Shown here in pieces: positions 53,583 to 64,000 of a stretch of DNA of 64,000 nucleotides. Both the position numbers and the translations under genes were made by a program. The stretch lies in assembly GCA_965153285.1 (NCBI GenBank), contig OZ229116.1. One strand, written 5' to 3'. The notes below the pieces were generated by a model. The model had not been told where the DNA came from and did no database searches. It saw nothing but the letters and a program-made list of their open reading frames with translations. How positions within the stretch are numbered: the first letter of the stretch is position 1; the number at the start of each line of letters is the position of its first letter. This DNA comes from Podarcis tiliguerta. Taxonomy: Eukaryota.

Positions 53583-53688
53583 CACCACATTCTCAGCACC
53601 GGGATTCTGAACCAGAACATCACTGTACGCAATTGTAATCAGAGGGGGATAAATGGCTCCTCTCTGAGTGCTAGGCACAAGACGAATA
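53583..53688 (-). CDS. TMEM67: TMEM67 exon 14
   Basis: IRLVPSTQRGAIYPPLITIAYSDVLVQNPGAENVV; 106 nt. Confidence 0.94.
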
Positions 53689-53908
53689 CTGCAGAAATAT
53701 ACACAACACAATGTTAACAAGGAAATAAAAGGAGATGAGAAATTAGACACTAAACAAAAACCCAGATCTCTGATCAATAAAACTTTATTTTAACAATGGT
53801 TATAATAATCAACTGTGATGTGCATACACAAAGTCAAAATTTAAATTAATGTTAATCTGCCTTACTGTAAAAGAACTGTTGATTTTCTGCAATGAACCAT
53901 ATACAGTA

Positions 53909-54150
53909 CAGTGGTACCTCAGGTTACGTACGCTTCAGGATACATATGCTTCAGGTTACAGACTCTACTAACACAGAAATATTACCTCGGGTTAAGAACT
54001 TTGCTTCAGGATGAGAACAGAAATCGTGCTCTAGTGGCACGGCAGCAGCAGGAGGCCCCATTAGCTAAAGTGGTGCTTCAGGTTAAGAACAGTTTCAGGT
54101 TAAGAATGGACCTCCAGAATGAATTAAGTATTTAACCTGAGGAACCACTG
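53909..54150 (+). mobile_element. Tigger/pogo-like MITE, same family as 6653
   Basis: TA|CAGTGGTACCTC...GAGGAACCACTG|TA. Confidence 0.9.
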
Positions 54151-54413
54151 TACACAGAATGGGTTTTTCTTTTAAATTGTCTTCCACTCCCAAAGTGGCA
54201 AGATGCCATTAAATTTTAAAAGCACATTAGTTCTGAGCCAACACATGCAGGATTGCATTGTTAGTATGCTAAGTGCCTTGCAAAATTTATTAAATCTTTT
54301 CTCACAACAAATAAGGTAAATAATGATAACAAGTAAATTCTAAGTTAATCATGGTAATGTCAAATTTATAATTGGGAAGCTATAGCTGGTAGTATCTTGT
54401 CATGTGATCTCAC

Positions 54414-54537
54414 CTTATTGTTATTTCACTAGCAATTCTGATTATTCTTGGCTGGTTTCCTAAGTCATTTTCTTGTCCACTTAAAGTATCCACCAAAAAC
54501 ATTCGACGTGTCAAAAGCCAATTGTTCATATTGCTAC
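54414..54537 (-). CDS. TMEM67: TMEM67 exon 13
   Basis: SNMNNWLLTRRMFLVDTLSGQENDLGNQPRIIRIASEITI(S); 124 nt. Confidence 0.94.
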
Positions 54538-55390
54538 CTTTTTTAAAAAATGTAAAATTAAATTTTCAAAGCAAAAAACTTAAATACAGAACAGTAGCAG
54601 TGTAATGAAGAAATAATGAAATAAGCTTTTCAAAATATTAGCATGTGAAAATGATAAAAGCTGAAGAAACTAGGGAAAGTAAATTTTCAGAGAAAAATGA
54701 ACATTTCCTTGTTTTCAGATGCAGGTTTACTATGTCATGCTTGTAATTCAACAGGGATAAGAATGATCTATCAAAATTCTGACTCTCATTTCAAAATCAA
54801 CAGCCTCTTCATATAAACTACATTTCAAATTCTCCTTGAAGTCAATGAACTTGTTTGGACATAACACTAAACTATGGTGTAGCGTTATGTGAATGAGCCT
54901 CAGGATTGTGTGCCTCCCCCCATCCTTCCTCTGCTGAGGCCATGAGAAAATTGGACAAACTGTGGTTAGTTTTAACTATGCTTTGCTGAAACTATCAATT
55001 TAAAGCAGTGGTTCATGAAGCTGGCTTCTTTAAAAAAAATAGTTTAGAGTTCACGTGCAACAGTAAATTGCAAATTAACTGAAATCAGAAGTGAAAGCTT
55101 ATTTTTAGTGCTGCACTGGAAGAGAGAGGAACCTGAGGCTTCTTCATGTAATACTAAAGTTAAGGTTAATGCCACCCAGCAGTCACTCTCTCTTTCGTTA
55201 GATCACCACCACCACCCTTTCTTTTGTAACATTATGGGGAGCAACAAAGAATGTTGCTTGGCTCTGGTACCACCAATTGTCAACATGCATTACAATGAAC
55301 AGCAATCCTCGGGAGAAAAACAGTTTGTGACTTTGCCACATTATGTTCAAACAAGGTGACTGTTTACAAAAGAAGACTTGTGTGATATTA

Positions 55391-55720
<330 letters not shown>

Positions 55721-55929
55721 TCACTGTTCCAATAAAATCCCTGAAAAACTCAAAAGCTGCAAATTGGTCCCCTGGAATTCTTAATAAATTCTACCCTTTC
55801 ACAGAATGAAAAGTATAGACGTGCAATTGCTTTCTAGCGACCGTACAGAGAAATGATTCAATCTGCATCAAAATTTATGTTGCAGAGCAGAGTATCAGAC
55901 TTGAAAAGTAGCTGCATTTCTCCTCTTGA

Positions 55930-56900
55930 GAATGCAAGAAGATCACTGCTGGGTTAAACCGATGATTTAACTAGGGCAGTATATTGTTTCCCACAATGGC
56001 CAACCAGATTTCCATGAGGTGCCCACAACCTGGGCTTGAGGGTAAATAGCCTTCTGTTGCTTTTATTCCCCAGCAACCAGTATTCACAGAAAAACAGCCT
56101 CTGAGCCTGGAGGTATGATATAGCCATCCTAACTAAAAGGTAAAGGTACCCCTGCCCGTACGGGACAGTCTTGACAGACTCTAGGGTTGTGCGCTCATCT
56201 CACTCTAGAGGCCGGGAGCCAGCGCTGTCCGCAGACACTTCCGGGTCATGTGGCCAGCGTGACAAAGCTGCTCCGGCGAACCGGCACCAGAGCAGCACAT
56301 GGAACGCCGTTTACCTTCCCGCTATAAAGCGGTTCCTATTTATCTACTTGCACCCGGGGGTGCTTTTGAACTGCTAGGTTGGCAGGCGCTGGGACCGAGC
56401 AACGGTAGCGCACCCCGCCGCGGGGATTCGAACCGCCGACCATGCGATCGGCAAGTCCTAGGCGCTGAGGTTTTACCCACAGCGCCACCCGCGTCCCCTA
56501 ACTAGTAATCGCTAAAAGCCTAACTAGTAATCCTAACTAGTAATCACTAAAAGCCTTCTTCTCAATGAATTTGCCTAATCCCCTTTTAGAGTCTTCCAGG
56601 TTGGGAGCCATCACTATATCTCACAGTAATGCATTTAATACTTTCACTATGGGCTCTGCAAAGTACTTTCTTTTTACCTGACTGGAATTTCCCAACATTC
56701 AACTTCAGAGAAAGAGAAAAACTTCTATCTACTTTCTCGACACAGTGCATTCTTTCATGAGCCTTGATCATGTTCCTCCTACCCCTACCTGTACTGTTTT
56801 TCATTTAAAGCCCTAGTGCTGGAACTTTTCCTTGCAAGGGAATGGCACCCGCCCCCAATCTTTTTGATTGTCCTTTTCTGCACCTTCTCCAGCTTGCATG
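55930..56900 (-). mobile_element. Old CR1-like 3' remnant hosting a Sauria SINE
   Basis: Degenerate MI..MH.VEKVDR..F peptide on the minus strand; similar sequence on the plus strand at about 7790-8210. Confidence 0.55.
56136..56497 (-). mobile_element. Sauria SINE, different subfamily, nested in an older CR1-like remnant
   Basis: Same head and tail as the other copies but a distinct 3' stem (cccctgcccgtacggg); TSD cctaacta. Confidence 0.9.
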
Positions 56901-56938
56901 AACATACGGTATTTAATATTGTTTTAAATTACTCTTAC

Positions 56939-57004
56939 TTTTTGTTGGTAAGTTGTCCCAAAAATGTAAGCAGCATTCAGTTTAGTTAGCGTATCTGGGC
57001 AAAG
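56939..57004 (-). CDS. TMEM67: TMEM67 exon 11
   Basis: LCPDTLTKLNAAYIFGTTYQQK; 66 nt. Confidence 0.94.
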
Positions 57005-57751
57005 CTGCAGTTTAAAAAAGATAATAATCAAACATTTTGCATATTTTAGTGCAGTCTTCACATACCTACTACCCCCTCGAAGAAACTCAAAACACAAACT
57101 GCTGCATTTATCACTTTCTATTAAAAGGTAAACATAAGCTTTAAAAGAAACAGAATAAATATTGTGACAGTAGCTGGTCCTTTAAAAGCCAACTTTGCTT
57201 CTTTCACATTCCACCAAAGCAAATTAAGCTTTCAAACATTTCAGAAATAATCTCTCAGGACAGGCAAGTCAAACTATGCCATATGTAGATGGGAAAAAAG
57301 AAATAACCTTAGTCACCTCAACTCCCTTTGCTAACTTAATATGTAAATGATGAATAAAAGCAAACAAGTAGTGTAAAATGTGAACAGAACACTTGCAGAG
57401 AATGAAAAAAATGATGATTAATAATCGAAGTGCCCTCTATTCAGTGGCTCTGGGCAGCACATGGGGCTCCAATGCATATTCAAAACTCTGTATGAGCGTG
57501 AACTGTCAAAATTCACTTCAATAGCGGAGTCTATGTGCACAAAGTTTCTCTTGACATTGAAGTAACAAGCCAGATCCAGCTTAAGTGGCTCTCTGCATGT
57601 TCATTAGAACCATGCACAGCATTGGACTGAGCCATTTCCCCCCTCTTTGCTGACCAACATATTTACAAACTGTGAGGCCATAGAAAAAAGAGATATACTA
57701 AATACTAGACACTCTAAAATGATGTGTTCATTCTTTCCCTCATTTGGTTCA

Positions 57752-57889
<138 letters not shown>

Positions 57890-59184
57890 TCAATGAAGAT
57901 AAAAGTGCCTTTAAAAACTGATGTTTTATATTATAGACATTTCTTACAGCACACATGAAACAAAACTAAAATATTATTAGCATTTCACTTCCTCTTTTAC
58001 AATTTTGCGAAAGAAATTTAGATACCAAATGTAAATCTCCTGCTTTACCAGGTAGCTGCATAGCTGCATTATATAATACACACAATACTTGCAAATTTTA
58101 AAAGTTAGTTTGTTGTTGTCAAACTATTGTGGGGAACAAAGTCCATATTTTAACAAAAACGTATCAATGAAATGAAAGCTGAATTTTGTATAATAAACTA
58201 GACCCCAACATGTTCCTGAAGTGTATAATAAAACTGCTTCAGCAAAACAAATAATATGGAGTCCGTGCTATGTGTTTGGTCTAGAAATTAACAATCCTTT
58301 CAGAGTTACATTGCAGTTATATAGTATACAACATATAACCATTGGTTGGTTATTAACCTTTCTGCAAGCCCTGCTTCCTGTTAACTACTAGCTGAGCTGC
58401 TGTGCATAAACTCAGTAATAAAGTACTTGAAGAGAATTCAGCTTCTTTGGGTAAAGTAAAAGATCAGTTTGGCTGGGAAGACAGTCAAGGAAATCAAACC
58501 TAGCAGGTATGCCAGTGTAACGTAGAATCAAACTCTCCAAAACATTAGAGCTGAAATTATGCACATTTTGGTCGCTTCATGTATATTGCCCCCCCAATCT
58601 TTCTGATTTTATGACTGATACTTAAAGTAGTTTATATTGCAAAAGTGCAATCATTTACATGTCTGCTTAGAATTAAGCCTCACTGAACTAAATTGTACTT
58701 ACTGCCAGATGAATGTAGCACGGGTGGGGAATGTCTCACCCATGAACCAAATTGGGCCCACTAGGCCAGTCATTTGGGGCCATCCATGACCACCTATTAC
58801 TCACCTGATGCCATGTGCGAGTAGGTAAAGTTGTGGCTGCCAAGGAACAATCAGAAGCATACACATGTGCTTTTTACTGTTGCTTAGCAACTGGACTTGC
58901 ATTTGCCACTGTTTAAATTTAGTGCTGAATGCTAGCCTCAGTGGAGCAGAACCAATCTCTGTGGGGCTTGCATTTGGCACCAAATGTATATCGTGCCAAA
59001 TGCAAGTCCTTTTGCTAAGGAATGATCCAGTCATCTAGACCAACGTAGTTAATCACCCCTGAAGTAGAGCAGAGGTGGGGAATATTTTCTAGCCAGAGGC
59101 CCAGATCTTTCTTTCTCTGTTTGGTCTGCATGTTACCCACCCCTGGAGTAGAGGACTGCAGCCTCAATTACAAGGAATGCATTA

Positions 59185-59448
<264 letters not shown>

Positions 59449-59454
59449 CTAGAA

Positions 59455-59731
<277 letters not shown>

Positions 59732-59981
59732 TTAGAATACAATTTCTGGCTCTTTTAAGTTGTTGTTTTTAATGCTTTGAGAAGTTTTAAGTAACTCTGG
59801 GAAGAGGCATTCTGCAGCACATTTTACACTTCTACACTGTTTCAATACCTCAAAGCACCAGGGAAAACTGCAACCAGGCTTCAATACACAGATTATCCAT
59901 GGAATCCCAAAATAATAAACTATGTGTATTAGTAATACTTATCAATAATCCTGTTGAAGGAGAAAAACTTTCAAAGCTTAC

Positions 59982-60044
59982 CCAGCAAGCAGCTGCTGAC
60001 GCTTGTAGGTTTTTTGAAAACCATGCTGATATCAAGGTGATGCC
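59982..60044 (-). CDS. TMEM67: TMEM67 exon 7
   Basis: GITLISAWFSKNLQASAAACW; 63 nt; GT-AG. Confidence 0.93.
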
Positions 60045-60489
60045 CTATAAATAAGACCAGAAAGTCAAAATGGTTACAGCAAATTGTTTTGGTTCAAGGT
60101 AGAAGAGCAGGCCCTCACCTCATAGAGGCTTGTGCTCTCTTTTTAATGCTACTGTTGTTGTGGGAGGATTGAACGGTCATGGATACCAGAAACTTTATCC
60201 TGCTTTTGGAGTAATATGCTGCTAGTGGGCAGTAGGTGCTTCTGTAAATATTTATAGCAGTTGTATTATTTATGTTATTGTATTTATATCTCATTGTTTT
60301 CTCCAAAGAGCTCAGTGTTGTAAATGCTTCTCCCCACTGCTTTATTTCTTAGAAAAATAACTGCAGGTACTCACCATGAAGTTGTTACAGTAAGTGCCAC
60401 ACTTTTTAACATCCCCCAACACCCCCCATCCCCCTAGGTGTTGGTACAGCATACCCTTGAGTACCTCCTGAAAAAAAAGCACTGTTTCT

Positions 60490-60655
60490 TCCCCTCCTCA
60501 CTTAATCCCACAGTAACCCTGTGTGGTAGGTTAGGCTGAGAGGCAGTGACTGGCCCAATGTCACCCAGTGAGCTTTAGAGAAAATGTGTGCATTTGAACC
60601 CTGGTCTTGCAGGTCCTACTCTGACATTCTAACCACTATATCACACTGGCTCTCA
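60490..60655 (-). mobile_element. Older tRNA-derived SINE, related to the 30927 family
   Basis: aaccctgtg..gtaggttaggctgagag...cccaatgtcacccagtgag...aaccactatatcacactggctctc; related fragments near 19610 and 23060. Confidence 0.65.
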
Positions 60656-60802
60656 TATATGTTTTGCAACCACAAAACAGGTATCTGTTAGATAAGGAGC
60701 ACAATAAAAGGGGGATAAAGAATGAATAAAAAACAATTATTTACTTAATGCAATCAATTATAGTTAGATTAACCAATTTTTGGAATGATATGTAAACACG
60801 AT

Positions 60803-60831
60803 TATTTATTTATTTATTTATTTATTTATTA
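60803..60831. repeat. (TTAT)n microsatellite
   Basis: About 7 units. Confidence 0.85.
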
Positions 60832-61186
60832 TGCATTGCATTGCATATTGCTGTTTTGATATAAATTGTTTTATTGTTCTCCATACTAACATAGTGTGGA
60901 TACATTTGGCATGCAGTAATGCTTCTGAATATCAGCTGCTGGAAACCACAGGAGGGACAACGCTCTTGTGCACGACTCCTCCATGAGGGTTTAGTTTTAT
61001 GCTCTTATATCTATGATGTACTTATATTTTAGCATTGATTGATGTATTTCTATTTTTGCTGGATGTGTGTGTGTGTGTACACGCATGCATGTATGTGTGC
61101 TCATTTTAAGTGTAAATGTATCACCTTGAATGTCTGCAAACACTCTGTGGCAGCATGCAAACAAAATGATTATTATTATGACTTAC

Positions 61187-61261
61187 TAGCTTTCCAAAGC
61201 GTACTGTTGCAGTTCCCTTTGGGGGGTAATTCCCAGTACTCCTGAAGCATAAACCTCCTGT
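61187..61261 (-). CDS. TMEM67: TMEM67 exon 6
   Basis: TGGLCFRSTGNYPPKGTATVRFGKL; 75 nt; GT-AG. Confidence 0.93.
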
Positions 61262-61552
61262 CTGAAAAGATAGTTAAAAAAAAATCAAATTATGTAAATA
61301 TCTACTTTTAAAGACAGAGGCTTAGAATAGCTTTGTCACAAATGAAAAGAGGCATGAATCCAGTTAGGCGAGCAGAATCCCACTTGCACAATGGGCCTTT
61401 TCTGTGTCCTTCCCTTACTGCATTACCGTGACATTGCACCTTTTGAGGGTCAGGGGACCTGGGATGTGATGACAGGGAAGGTAGCTTACATGAGCAAACC
61501 TCCCACTGTGGGATATAACTCATACTGCTTCTCCTACATACTGTCCTATTAT

Positions 61553-62081
<529 letters not shown>

Positions 62082-63623
62082 TTAGTAATCCTTTATAATG
62101 TAATAACATCACATAGGCAACACCAGAGAACAGACTTGCCGCATTTGTGAAAAGCAGACTGTACCATTTGTTCTATCAGGTGCACATATCTAACAGTTCA
62201 GCGTATCCAACTCAGATATGCTTGTGAGAGATAAGTAGAGTTATGGAAGACAAAAATGCTGCAAAAAATGATATCACAGTGTCTTGTTCCTCCCATAATA
62301 TCTTATGAAACTCACTATGTGATGTAATATGATCACACTATGGATTTTCTCATGCTAGCTTCATAAGCATTGGAGGCTGCTGCTGGGTAAACTAGCAGAA
62401 TGATGTATTGATTTCCCTCAGTGAGTTTCACCTGATGCTACAGATGAGATGTGGCATAGATGTGGGAATGCTATTTTTGCCTGATACCTAGCATTTTCTG
62501 TAATGTCTTGTTCTCCTCATAGAAATATCTTCAAGTGGCAGCTATAGGTTTACACATATTTTTCAGCACTGAAAAAGTAGCAAAAACATACTGAGGTTTT
62601 TTCAATGATGCACATGTTTAGGAGGATGTTGAGTTGAACTTTCTCTTCCACCTATACAGAAAAACTACTGCCCTTATATTCCAGAATCAGCTTCCTTTTG
62701 CATGCTATCAGTAATTTCTTGAAAATGGATCTTTTTGGACATATCACTGCCAGCTTCCTAAACTACAATATAGAAAGCTAGGAACAAGTGTTGGGTTTGA
62801 GCCTCCTTGCTTCAGTTTTCCATTGGTTTCCTCTAGTGCTCCAGATCTGGTATCTTCAAGCCAGTTCCCCATTATTGGGACTTTCCCCCCTCTCCTCCCA
62901 CTGTGCCCTCTGAAATTGGCTGGTTGGGGGTCCCTCAAGAGAACCCCTGAAATAGTGTATAGGTAAAATGCTTGTGCAGCTAGAACATTTGTCATAGCAC
63001 AACACTGAATTCTATCAGTTCACTAACCAAGTTTAAATCCTTTTTAGAAACCTGACATAAAACTGAGGTTCCCCATTTCAGCTGTAATGCTTGAAAGCAT
63101 TGGTCTTCAACCAATGAGTAAGAACCCACTACTGGATTGCAACCCAGCCTAAAGTGGGTAACACCAGCAGGGAAATATATGGTTAAAAAACTAAGAAGCT
63201 GCTTGTGTTAAAGGCGGGTCCTAAATCTAAAAATATTGCAGGAAACGGCTATAAGGAGACAAAGACTGGAGCACCAAAGCCAACATATGTTAGAAAGAGG
63301 AAGAAGGGCAAACCACACAGACCTGACATTTAGTTAAACTATGACTTATAAAGCTGAAAATGTATCTGATCTGATTCCATTTTTCTTTTAAACATGGGAG
63401 CGCTTCAGAAAGTTTGAAATTGTAGGTTGTCTGCAATGCTGTTCAGCTCACAGAGCAGCGTTCTACTTGCACAACAGAACTTCCTCCTCCTCTCCCCTGC
63501 AGCCCCCTTCAACGTCTGCTCCAAAAGGGCTGGTGGCCTCTGTGAAATGGATTTTGTGGTGCATGGGGAGATGAGGGTAAGACTGCACGCATGGAATGTT
63601 ACTTGGGTAATATTGCATACAAC

Positions 63624-63771
63624 CAGCCTTTTTTTCCCCTGGAGGGACGCAGGGGTACGCATTCCCCTAAACATTTTGTGAATTTAAGTTTGGCCTCATT
63701 GAGGGGCAGTATTTCAATATGAGTAGGAAAATGAGAGTACCCCTAAACATTTTTTTAGAAAAAAAGCACTG
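63624..63771. mobile_element. hAT MITE
   Basis: CAG.CTTTTTT...AAAAAAGCACTG ends; perfect 8-bp TSD catacaac; a related copy lies at 60336-60484. Confidence 0.8.
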
Positions 63772-63907
63772 CATACAACCGTATTCCTGCAACTTTTTGC
63801 AAATTTGTATCAACTGCACTTCCAGTTTTGTATATTTGTGCATGAATAAAAGAATAAATCAACAACCCCTTCTCCCAAAGCAAGTCTTCAACAAAAAGAA
63901 TACTTAC

Positions 63908-64000
63908 ATGTTATTTAATGCATTTGAAGTAGCAAATGACTTCCCTTTCCCATCACATTGAACACATAATGCATCTGCCAACAGTGCACCATTGGTGTCT
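63908..64000 (-). CDS. TMEM67: TMEM67 exon 4 (partial)
   Basis: DTNGALLADALCVQCDGKGKSFATSNALNN(M), Cys-rich domain; donor AT|GTAAGT. Confidence 0.88.

Overview
Vertebrate genomic DNA, very probably a lacertid lizard (Sauria SINEs with ACCTTT tails, CR1 LINEs with (ATTCTATG)n tails, Tigger/hAT-type MITEs). Two protein-coding genes lie in tandem on the minus strand, in the same order as in mammals. TMEM67 (meckelin) contributes 25 coding exons, equivalent to exons 4-28, all with GT-AG ends and matching phases, at 35301-64000 and continuing out of the window. PDP1 (pyruvate dehydrogenase phosphatase catalytic subunit 1) has its main coding exon at 12542-14196, a small in-frame upstream coding exon and a CpG-island promoter near 18.0-19.2 kb. 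The rest is intron or intergenic DNA with many transposons. I found no convincing previously undescribed biological system. The most unusual items are: a young 5'-truncated CR1 flanked by a 155-bp direct repeat with a fold-back junction; a nearly intact 3.6-kb CR1 with a single frameshift; a Tc1 remnant resembling fish/frog elements; and candidate alternative splicing in PDP1 and TMEM67. Family names and orthologue comparisons are from recognition, not database searches.
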